Assembly (NCBI GenBank): GCA_053919585.1 | Contig: CM132783.1 | Strand: one strand, 5' to 3' | DNA length: 64,000 bases | Origin: Euprymna scolopes | Lineage: Eukaryota | Shown here: one piece after another, positions 12,778 to 23,700 of the stretch | How the letters are laid out: every line of letters begins with the position of its first letter | Numbering within the stretch: position 1 is the stretch's first letter | Made by a program: the position numbers and the translations under genes | The notes under the pieces: model-generated | Databases searched by the model: none | What the model was told of the DNA's origin: nothing | The model's input: the letters and a program-made list of their open reading frames with translations, nothing else

Positions 12778-13139
12778 TGTAGCAGAATTAGCAGTAACCA
12801 AACTGAGAAATAGAGAGCTTACCTCGGATACGTCTGTTTTAGGCTGAGCGAAAGAGAGAGTTCCAAGATGGCGTCCATGGGCTTTCATTAGCGTTTACCC
12901 AATATAATTATCGTTGAATCACGTCTGCTCTCATGCGATTATGCAAATATGTCGTTCGCGGCCGCTATAAAGGCAGGACACTGGAAAGGAGAGGGAGCGT
13001 TCTGCAGATTGTGTGTAGGTGATTCTGGCGAGTAGATTGTGCTTGTTACGACCCACGTGTCTGCGAGAAGCGAGTTTTTGTTCCGTCTGTTTTTAGTTGT
13101 ATTTTTTTTGTTTGTTTTGCCTACTACATTTTTGTTTCA
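12778..13139 (+). repeat. 5' LTR of element B
   Basis: Matches 16856-17218 with ~9 substitutions and one indel counted by eye. Confidence 0.96.
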
Positions 13140-13157
13140 AGCTATTTCGGCCCAACT

Positions 13158-13859
13158 ATGGCGAAGGTGCAGATAAGCAGTGATATTATCAAGCCGTTCT
13201 CTGGCGAGGGAGACGTTGTAGCGTGGCTGAAAAAAGTGAGACTTGTCGCCCAACTTCAGCAGGTAGATGATGTAGCGAGTCTGCTACCTTTATATCTGGA
13301 AGGTGATGCACTGGCCCTCTACATGGAAATGGAGGAGGACGATCAAAGAGAAATAGACCAGATTGAGGCCCGATTAAAGGAGGCATTTACCGATGACGCA
13401 TCTGCAGCATACAGAAAAATAAGTATGATTAGATGAGCTGGCGAACGTGTGGATGTTTACGCCAACAAAATCAGGCAGTTGGTTGGATTGGCCGGATTCC
13501 CAGGAGATGGCTTAAAGAGACTTACAAAATTGACTTTCGTCACTGGGTTCCCTGACGCTATCTCAATTGTTCTTCAACAGGTGCCGAACATCAAAGTCCT
13601 GACCATGGGGGAACTAATGTCGAGAGCAAGAATTTTAACGACGACTGCGGAACAAAATCAGGACGTGGTTGCGGCCACATGCTCACCCAACAACCACAGG
13701 GCCCAGAATATTCCTGTTAGTGTGACCTGTTTCAAGTGCAATACGAAAGGCCACTTTGCAAAGGACTGTCGAAAACGTGGAAAACAGTGTTACCATTGCG
13801 GTGAGAGTGGACATTGGGCTCGGAATTGCTCGGGAAACGAGCATGAGGAGGACGCATAA
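13158..13859 (+). pseudogene. gag of element B (one in-frame stop at 13434-13436)
   Basis: PFSGEGDVVAWL start; two CCHC knuckles CFKCNTKGHFAKDC and CYHCGESGHWARNC. Confidence 0.9.
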
Positions 13860-13873
13860 GAGCCAGTCTCCTT
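13832..13873 (+). promoter_or_regulatory. Putative -1 ribosomal frameshift signal (G GGA AAC + hairpin), element B
   Basis: Heptamer in X XXY YYZ phase with gag; pol is in the -1 frame; imperfect stem GAGGAGGAC/GTCTCCTTC starts 6 nt downstream. Confidence 0.75.
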
Positions 13874-16860
13874 CCCCACCAAGATGTGAGCAGGACACTC
13901 CCGGTGATAAGCATCGATGTTGACAAGACGTGATGTTTGGCGCTTATTAATAATGGATGCTCTAGGACTATTTTACATGCAGACCAGTGTCGGTCTTGGA
14001 GGAAAACGAACGTAGATGTCAAAACAATTGGTGGAATGTCCCATGCGTGTTGCGGTGTTGGAGCAGTCTCTGTGTCCACTGACGAAGGTGTGTCTGCTAG
14101 AATCGATTGGTTAGTGGTGTGTGACAAACCGCTGGGGTTTGACTTACTTCTAGGGATCGACGCCATAAAAGCTCTGGGTGGTGTCGTTGTCAACCCTACA
14201 GGATCAGTGCGACTGGGCGACAGGAAAAATATTAAATGCACAGCCATTTCTTTTAATGAACCAGATTTCACCGTCACCTTTGATCATCAAAACCGAACGT
14301 GGACCAGATCGTTGAAGTGGTCTGAGGACCACCCCCCTGGAAGACTACACAATCGAGTGTCAGAATACCCAGTGCCAGCAGAAATCCGTGAAGAATACAC
14401 GCAGGAGCTCCACACCTGGATAGATAATGGTTGACTCGTGCCGTACCCAGAGGATGAATTGGGACCTCCAGCAGAACAAAGCCAAAGTGCGCCTGGTAAT
14501 TGACTACCGGGAGCTAAATCATTACGCAGACGCGTTTACGGCCAACGCAGATGTTTGTGCGGCTAAGCTGCGCGAATGGAGACAAAAAGGTGCTAACGTG
14601 TCTCTATAGACCTCAGGAGAGCATACCTACAAGTCCGGGTCCATGAGACACTGTGGCCATACCAGACTGTGGAAATCAATGGGAAAAAATATTGCCTGAC
14701 CTGTCTGGGGTTCGGTTTGAATGTGGCTACCCTGATAATGAGAGCAATTGTCAGCGAAGTATTGTCTAAGGAAGAAGTTGTAAGCCGCACAGCATCTGCT
14801 TACATTGATAACATTTTTGTCAACGAGGACGTGGTGCCCGCGACCCATGTAAGAGAACACCTAGTGCAGTTCGGGTTGGAGTGCAAGAACCTGGAGCGGT
14901 TGAAGGACGGTGAACAGGTGCTGGGATTGGCGGTCTGGATGGAACACAGTGAACTACGGTGGAAGCGAGGAAATGCAATTCCAGAGGCTCCCAGCATTGT
15001 TACACAACGAACAATGTTTTCCCTGTGTGGTCGACTTGTCGGGCACTTTCCGGTGTGCGGTTGGCTTCGTGTGGCTTGTGGAATACTTAGAAGGAGAGTA
15101 AGGTCGGTAACAAAGGGCTGGGATGATGAAGCAAGGGACGCCTTACTGCAACGTATGATGTTCAGAACCTTGGAATCTGTGCAGCGGAACGATCCGGTCT
15201 GGGGAAATTGGTGTGTGGATGGCAAAGAGCTAAATGTATGGGTCGATGCTAGCTCCCTAGCAATTGGTGCAGCCTTGGAGATGTGTGAAACTGTGTTGGA
15301 GAATGCATGTTGGCTGCGACCTGAAGGTGACTCGCAACATATCAACTTAACCGAGCTGGATGCTGTATTGAAAGGTATCAATTTGGCTCTACAGTGGCAG
15401 AGCAAAGTGCTACACATAAAGACAGATTCTGTGTGTGTATACCATTGGGTCTCGGACATGCTAACTGGAAAGGCACGAGTATGCACCAAGGCAGCAAGCG
15501 AGATGCTTATTAGGAGGCGACTAAGCACTCTAAAGGAGCTCGTGAAAGAGTACGGGCTGGCAGTGGACGTGACGCTGGTTCCATCAGCATGAAACATTGC
15601 TGACCGATTGACATGAGTACCACAGACATGGTTTGAAGCAATGAAAAAGAAAAACGGGCTTGACCCGGTGATAGGCGCGGTTCACACAGACGAGCTGGAT
15701 GAGAGTCAAATCATGGCTATTCACAAAGGTAGTGGACATCCGGGGGTGCGACGCACTACCTACTTTGTTAGGAGAAGTTGCCCAACCACAACAAAAGCAA
15801 CCGTTAAAACGGTCATACAGAAATGTGAGGAATGTCAGTCCATTGACCCAGTGCCAGTCAGGTGGGAAAAGGGAAAGCTGGAAGTTAACGAGAATTGGCA
15901 AAGGATTGGAAGGGATATCACGCATTATGACACCTTCCATTTTTTAACTCTGTGGTCCATCGCGTTTCTCCATTTGGAGGAAATTGGCAAGGCAGGACTT
16001 GGCAAGCATGATCCATCAGTTGGAAACAGTGTTCCTCGAGCGTGGCTCGCCGCATGAAATCCTTTTAGACAATGACACAGCTTTCTGCAGCAACGCATTC
16101 CAAGCATTTGCACATAAATGGGGAGTTCACTTGCGATTCTGTTGTGCATACGCTTCAGCCGGGAATGGCATAGTGGAGCAATGTCACCGTACAGTGAAAC
16201 GAATAGCGGCTAGAATGCGCTGTCCCATACAGGAAGCTGTCTACTGGTATAACATCACACCAAGAGATGACACATCTCCCTTCACTGCGCCTGCCAACAG
16301 GATTTATCGATACGAATTTCGAGTAAAGGAGACCAATCTCGCAACTGCGTCCACAGATCGCAAGGACAGCTCTTACCAGGTTGGAGATCGCATGTGGGTC
16401 AAAAGACCGCAAAATCGATATACCACGAGGTTCGGCAAGGGTGAGGTGACCAAGGTAATCAGCCCTCAATCGAGTTTGGTGGACGGTGTGCCTCGCCACG
16501 TGAAAGATCTGTGCCCTCGCCATTATGTTGTTACATCAGAGGAAGAGGAAGACAGTACAATGTCTTCTGAACGAGCAGAGAGTATAATGCAGGACGATGG
16601 AGAGCCATATAATGCACATACTGAAGAAGCGGAAGAGGGACCACCCCTCTTCTTTTACGAAGGAGTACCCAACAAAGACGGATACTGCCCCCCTGTCCTG
16701 ATTGTGAAACACCGCCTATGGAACAGGTTGGCGGCAATAACGGTGGTAATGAGGAAGATGACAAGGAGGAAGTGCTGCCTCTGGTTCTTCGAAGAAGTAC
16801 CCGACAAAGACGACTGCCCCCATGCCCCGTTTGTGATCATGAGATCAGGGGGGAGTGTAG
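13838..16860 (+). pseudogene. pol of element B (PR, RT, RNase H, integrase), several stops and frameshifts
   Basis: ALINNGCS (degenerate DSG), DYRELN, YIDN, WVDASS, HPG..CEEC, LDNDTAF, GNGIVE across ORFs 13937-16925. Confidence 0.92.
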
Positions 16861-17218
16861 CAGAATTAGCAGTAACCAAAATGAGAAATAGAGAGCTTAC
16901 CTGGGATACGTCTGTTTTGGGCTGAGCGAACGAGAGAGTTCCAAGATGGCGTCCATGGGCTTTCATTAGCGTTTACCCAATGTAATTATCTTTGAATCAC
17001 GTCTGCTCTCATGCGATTATGCAAATATGTCGTTCGCGGCCGCTATAAAGGCAGGACACTGGAAAGGAGAGGGAGCGTTCTGCAGATTGTGTGTAGGTGA
17101 TTCTGGCGAGTAGATTGTGCTTGTTATGACCCACGTGTCTGCAAGAAGCGAGTTTTTGTTCCGTCTGTTTTTAGTTATATTTTTTTTTGTTTGTTTTGCC
17201 TACTACATTTTTGTTTCA
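16856..17218 (+). repeat. 3' LTR of element B
   Basis: Direct repeat of 12778-13139, preceded by PPT and followed by TSD. Confidence 0.96.
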
Positions 17219-17279
17219 CAACCTTACCGATATTAAGAGGCCACATTTGTTTCAAATATATATGTGTGCATATATATGA

Positions 17280-17323
<44 letters not shown>

Positions 17324-18760
17324 ATGCATATATATGTATGTATGTACAAGAAAATTTTTTTTAAAAAAAACGACAAATATAAAGATATATACTAATGCAT
17401 TTAATTTGATTATTGATTCAATAGGGAGATTACATAAATTAGGGGTATGGGATAAATATGCTCTTTATACCTCAGAGTATCTCCCTCTTGCAATCTTCTG
17501 ACAATGTTATCGAATGGTTCCTAAATCTAAAAACCAATGTAAATTAAGCTTCATAACTTTTTACATAGATAATTACGACCAATCCATATTTCGTATTGTA
17601 TTAAATAAGGCACTTATCCTAGCAAAAATCAATAAATTAATTAATCTTACTAGCCAGAAATACAGTTTGATAATAACCTTTGGGCTAGAAAATAAAACCC
17701 AGATTACTTTGATATAGTGATTGGTTTTGAACTCGACCCGAGTAACCGATTGGGTTGGACTGTTTTTATTAAACGAATCGAGGTCTAGAATTAAGAATAA
17801 TGATTTATTGGTGGCCTACATAGGGGCGATGCTCTACTAGTAACTGGAGCAAGACATAGACTGTATAATAAGACCAGCATTGAATTAAAAGATTTTTAGT
17901 TGCTGTGGCCATAATATAACGATAGAAAATGAGAAAAATACTTAAAATTTCCTACGTATATCTCTAAACCTAAACAAAGTATCCTGTTGCCTTTACCACA
18001 ATCTTAATTTATCACTGCATTATGTCCATAAATTCTCAAACCACTCTAGATCTGTCATTAAATCATTCCCAGAATCAGTATCGAATAGAATACCTAATTT
18101 CTTCACCAGCTATAGCATTTTTAAAGCTAATTCTAACCTGCAACACCCACTTACAAACTCAGGATACTCAGACAAAATAAAGTACAATACCAATAATTAT
18201 AAAAAGTCGGTACCCCCTCTCCCAGCATAATCACCCATAATATGACCAGATGCAAGTATATAGACAAAAAATACAAGAACACACAATTTTAATAAGCATA
18301 ATCAAAATAAACATCTAAGTAATAATTTAGATAAAGAGAACCCCAGAAATAAGATTTAGAGGAAAGAACAACATTTGGTTTAACCTACCTTACAACAATA
18401 GGGTAAAAACTGATATCCCTAAAGAATCTTCCAAGATTGTAGAAAATTCATTTAAACACCTGTACAAATACAGCACTAGGTCCCCCGACGTTGGCGTATT
18501 TATTATTATAGAGCCAATACTCTATTGATTATTACGTACTTAATATATAGTAGTGATTTCAAAAATTTTTTATATGACTTGGTTGCTATCAACTAGAATC
18601 GAAACTAACACATTTAGCCTTATTCCTTACCGTCTAGCCTAAATGCATACGCATACAAAAAGGTTAAGAACGAACATTGTGAAAGGTATAAATGGATATT
18701 TGTGCATGCATAGAAGAGCACTTTAAGTCTACTTATGCCTAATATATATATATATGTGTT

Positions 18761-18836
<76 letters not shown>

Positions 18837-19255
18837 CTTGAAAAAAAATGTAAATTTTTCACAGAAAACAATCTATCCGGATAGAGAAAGCTCTACTAAT
18901 TTAGGAGGAACAAGTTATAAGAAAAGATAAATAATAAAGTTCTAATATAACTTTATTCCTTATCTCCTTATTTTACATTATGTATAAGCTCAGATCGATG
19001 ACAAAATCTTTTTCATGTGCCATACACTTACACATTTTCATTAGATATTACGGCTTTATGTCAAAGGATCCTTATTTTAAATACTTTTATCCGGAGGTTA
19101 GCCAGTCTGTTCCTTTGGTGAAAGTGAGCAAATAAAAAAGATTCTGTGATGCACGCCAAAAACTTCTCTTAACTCATAAATTATACATTATACTTTTGTG
19201 TTTACAATCGAAATTGAAGACGGATAGAGTGTACATGTATTAAAATTCGGATAAG

Positions 19256-22200
19256 TGTTGTTCTAGGGTTATAATCAGGATTCGGTTCTAGGGTTCGGGA
19301 AGGAGTGAGTCATTCTCTCGACAACAGCACGTTTCTGCCCTCTTCTTTTCCAATCGACCACACCTGGCCTCTTGCCACCAATGTCACACCGCACAATCCG
19401 AACGTCAACAATACAAAATTCTTTTCAAGAGAAGATTTTCACGACTCTTTTCTCTCTGCTGCCCAGGGAATTTTCCCCTGCTTTTATATCCTCCTATCTA
19501 GAAAAAAAAAAGGAAGAGACAGGAAAAAAATAGCTTCTCCCGTCATGCTCTGCCTTCCCAAGATGCCTTTCGCGTATACAAATGCGCTGGCCATCCTTTC
19601 CTTCTTCTTTCCCAAAGAGCGATGCAGGTACGCCCGGTACGTTTCTTTTTCTTTTTTTTTCTTCTTTTCTAACCATATACCCCACACGCCCCCCCCTCCC
19701 GATCTTTGAGATCAATAAGACACTTCATAATGTTTCATCCAAGCAGGCCTCCTCCTCTCACGTTGAGGCCTCTGGGAGACAACTTCTTGGGGGTTGACAT
19801 TTTCAGGTTCACTACAGACATTCTCGTCCAGTTGTAAAGAGCCACAATGTGGGGCTAAGTCGAATTGGGGTGCATCGTTAGCTTCTTGGTGGATATCGAC
19901 TTCATCCTCTTCACTGCCATCAGTGCGCACCGGCAGGGTTACATGACGCAGGTCTAGGATATGTCGGGGAACGCCATTCACCATTACGTTGTTCATTGAC
20001 TGCGTTTCTGTTACGACCCCCCTCTCCCAGCGAGTGGTACATTTTGCATTGGGGGGGTTTACCCACACCTCCTTGCCCACTTTAATGGTAGCTTCTTCAC
20101 CCTCAATTCCTACCGTTTTGTTGCACAGATGGCGCCACTTATATGCAAAGACGGCTCTATGAGGCACGGTTGTCTCATCTTGTCTGGTTTTCGGTGAGAT
20201 GTTGTACCAAAACACCGCCTCCATGGGTGAAATGTTGCTTTTTTCCGCAGCAGCCTTGATGGTACGATGATTCCTCTCCACTATCCCATTGCCACTTGGC
20301 CGATACGCTGCCCTAAAAAATTGCCTTACTCCCCACCTATCACACACCTCTTTAAAGGCTTCTGATCGGAAAACGGGGCCATTGTCCATTAACAGTTCCT
20401 CAATCGGCCCTCTTTCCAAAAATATTTCTTCGATGACCCCTCCGATCGCCCATGCAGCTTCTGCCCTGATCTCTCTTCATATGGCAAACTTCCCCGGTCC
20501 ACAGTCGACCATCGACAAATACAGCTTATGGCGATAATGGGTCACATCAATGGCCAATCGCTTCCAGTCCTCTGCAATGTGTAACTCTCCTGCTTCATGT
20601 CTGGATGGTCTGGGGTCTATCGATTGGCACTCCTACAGTGCTCCATTACCTCCCTGACCTCCTTCTCGATGGTTTCTGGATAAACCTCTCTTGCCAGGAA
20701 TAACGTCCGTTCTCGACCAAAGTGGGGCATTTCATGTAACTTTTTAACTTCCTCTCCTGCACAGCATACTGAGGAAACCTCCTTTCTCTCTTGCAGCCAG
20801 GCCTTCTTTACCTGTGTCATCGAATCCGCCTTGTTCTTTTCTGATGGGATCAGCACTACAGATACCTTCAACTGGAATTCCGCTATCAAATCTGCAAGTG
20901 CTCCAAGCCTGCACTTGATCAGCATTTCTGCAGCACCTCTGGTCCTAACTCTCTTATCGCCAGTCACTGCTGACCTGATCCATGAAACTACCATTGCAGA
21001 ATCAGATTTGATTTCAATCGTTTTCAATCCCCACTTCAGGGCCAGATTGATTCCTTTCACAGTGGTCTCCAGTTCGGCTACGTTGATATGGGAATAGTCG
21101 TTTTTCTTCCTTAACCACGCCACATCTTCCACAGTTACACCTCCCATCTCTAACACCACACCCAATGCCAGACTGTTGGCATCACACCAAATCATGCCTG
21201 CGTCTCCGTCGCTGACGTACCATTCTCCCTTTACTGGGTCTTCTTTCGTCACTCTCGTAATGATTTCCTGTAGCAGGTTCATGACCTCCTTCATCACACG
21301 TCCCTCCCAGCCATCAGTGCCCGTTTGTCGTTTAATAAAGCTGCACGCTATCCTGAGCCAGCCGGCGATTTGATAGTGTCCCACCAGTCTACCGTACACC
21401 AAGAAGAGTTCTCGTTTTGTCAGGTCGGTTCCAATTTCGGGTATTGCATTCCCTCATCTAAAGACAAGGCTTCCTTTGCCATCTCGGCATAGTTTCAACC
21501 CCAACGCCGCTCCTCCATCTAGGGAGGACTCAACCGGTTTTGCAGTCAACCCATACCTCGTGACATGGCCTCTCACTTTTTGTGCTGTCACCTCTGCTTC
21601 CTCCATGAGAATGTCGTCAATGTACGAACTAGTGGCCTTGTCCACTGTACAGTCTTTACTCAGCACCATCTTCAGCACTGCAGTCATAATTTTGAGGGCT
21701 GAGATCAGCCCAAAGCCTAATCTCGTCAGGCAATACAACTTCCCCTTGTCCCGGACCAATTGATGTTTCCAGAGTTTTTCATCTACATGGATCTGGAGAT
21801 AAGCCGACTTCAGGTCAACAATCTTAGTGGCCTGCTTCATTCTCCTCCACTTCCTCATCACCTCTTCACATACATCAATCCCCTTTCCAGTGTGGCAGGC
21901 TATGTATGTTTAATTCTCTGAAATCCAGTATTGGTCTAACTTTATTCTTTGTGGGTTGAAAAACCGCCAGTAATGGTAGCACTCCTTTTTCTTCTCCTGT
22001 CCACGGTTTCAGAATTTCCTCCTCTATCCACCTCTCCACTTCTTCCTCGCAGTGTTTTCTCATAGCAGCTTACTTTGTTTCATAGTTCTGGAGATCCATT
22101 TCCATTCCACCGTCCACCTCTCACCATCGAACTTCGCCAGGATATCCTCATCCTCGATGCAGCAAGCCTCTGGTTTTTGTGTTATGATATTTCTATCACC

Positions 22201-22935
22201 TTCCACTCCTGCCATTCCTACTGCACCGAGGCATCCAAAAGTTACTTGGCCCCCTCTCAACGTAGCGCCGCCCCCCCAGTTGGTTGATCACACTTACACC
22301 TAAAACCACATCAACATCACCAACCAGACGATCCAACACCAGGGCTCCTAGTTCAATAGGCACACCTTGCACTAGTACTTCCGCTGTTGTCTCTCCCAGG
22401 CATTTCACCTCCCTGCCATCACGGTCAATACTCCTGGTTCTGCTCCATGATCTAGCGACATTCTTCGTTACCAACGTCGTGGTGCAGCCTGAGTCAACAA
22501 GGGCCATAGCTCTCTTCCCATTGACCACTACCGGTAACTGAGGCAACGTTTCATTGTGCGCCATTTCCACATAGAAGGGGGAACCACTGGTGCAATGGCT
22601 CCCCTTCACTCGTTTCCCTGGTCCCGTGCAGCAACGCAATAGCAGCTAATGTGCCCCACTCGTCCACATCGGTAGCAGATGAACCCCGGTCTCGGCTCTT
22701 TGCAGTCCTTGAGCAAGTGAGGACCCTGGCACCGGAAGCACATTATGGCAGGCTTCCCCTCCTGTCACCTCGCTGCTTGTCTCTCGTCATTCAAGTGGGG
22801 CTTCATGCATTTATTTCCACTCACAGCTGCAGCCACGATTGGGCCCTTGACATTCTTAGCTAGGACTCTGGCGTGGACCAAGAGATCGTCCACTTCCATT
22901 GTATTGATCTCAGTGATTCTCTGCATGTTCGCGTA
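19256..22935 (-). mobile_element. Compact Gypsy-order element C, 5'-truncated; 3' LTR ~19256-19686
   Basis: Two CCHC knuckles ~22650-22740, ALVDSGC, DFRELN, YIDDI, WCDANS, MDNGPVF..GNGIVER; PPT GATCGGGAGGGGGGGGCG then TGTGGG; distal LTR end inferred. Confidence 0.9.
22573..22618 (-). promoter_or_regulatory. Putative -1 frameshift signal, element C
   Basis: GGGAAAC gagt GAAGGGGAGCCATTG cac CAGTGGTTCCCCCTTC; the -1 frame is open into the protease (ORF 22196-22639). Confidence 0.8.
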
Positions 22936-22959
22936 GATTTCTTCTGGGAAGCCGTTCAT

Positions 22960-23700
22960 TAGGTATAGCTTTACCATTTTTTTTAAATGAAGTCGAACGC
23001 TGGTACTGCCAAATAGAAAAAGTAATGCTTTATATGAGCTTGCGAACAATTCCACTTTTATCTTTTATAGAAAGAACTTTCTTATAATGACTGACTTTAA
23101 TCTTAAAGATAATTCCTCCACACGAAAATTTTCGATACATTTTATGGTTATAACAATATGATTACACAATAAAACACGTTATCAGTAAAAATAACCCAGA
23201 CGGCATGCTCTATCGGTAACCTATGAAGTATTGAAAGGTAGTCTCACTTAAAGAAGAGATATCTGAAGGATTTATGAACACTGTTCTTGTTAACAGTATT
23301 CCCAAAATAATGAACTTATCAGAAATAATTGAGGAATCTCAATGGTATCCAACCGTTACAACAGTGAGAAATCTAATACAGCAAGATAACTAGACAAATA
23401 AGTTAATGGAACTCGTTAACATGAGTAGGTTCAGAATCCACATCGTCCAAACCTTACAGGATACGGATCTTTAAAATGGGGATGACAAAAGGACTAATAG
23501 GAAAAGGATGCAAAGATCAAAAAGAAATAAAGCTAAATTGCTTAAAGACTGAGATGTAATTTTACTTTGACAAAGCAAAAACAACAAGCTAACACCAGTT
23601 TCCCACACGACACAATAGAAAGTGAAAGAACACAGAGTTGAGACAAACTTATTGTAAACGCAAAGAGTCTCAAAGACAGTAAAGTTAACAATTAAAGGTT
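22960..23700 (+). mobile_element. Old Gypsy pol remnant of a different family
   Basis: FHFYL..FLIMTD (RNase H), NSIPKIMNLSEIIEESQWYPTV (linker), KNNKLTP (integrase C-terminal region). Confidence 0.5.

Larger units (their letters stand above)
12778..17218 (+). mobile_element. Full-length compact Ty3/Gypsy-order LTR retrotransposon (element B), ~4.4 kb
   Basis: Two TG...CA LTRs, 5-bp TSD CAACC (12773-12777, 17219-17223), polypurine tract GAGATCAGGGGGGAG before the 3' LTR, gag-PR-RT-RH-IN order. Confidence 0.97.

Noticed and set aside
14800-15597. Long antisense ORFs over pol regions (also 30434-30949, 41463-41972, 54028-54519)
   Set aside because: Shadow frames of the retroelement coding strand with no recognisable motifs
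17500-18520. Possible very old LINE endonuclease relic on the minus strand (IGSI.., GVA, IYGHN)
   Set aside because: Motifs too scattered to support without a profile search
19259-19296. TTCTAGGGTT repeats resembling telomeric sequence
   Set aside because: Only two imperfect units inside the LTR of element C
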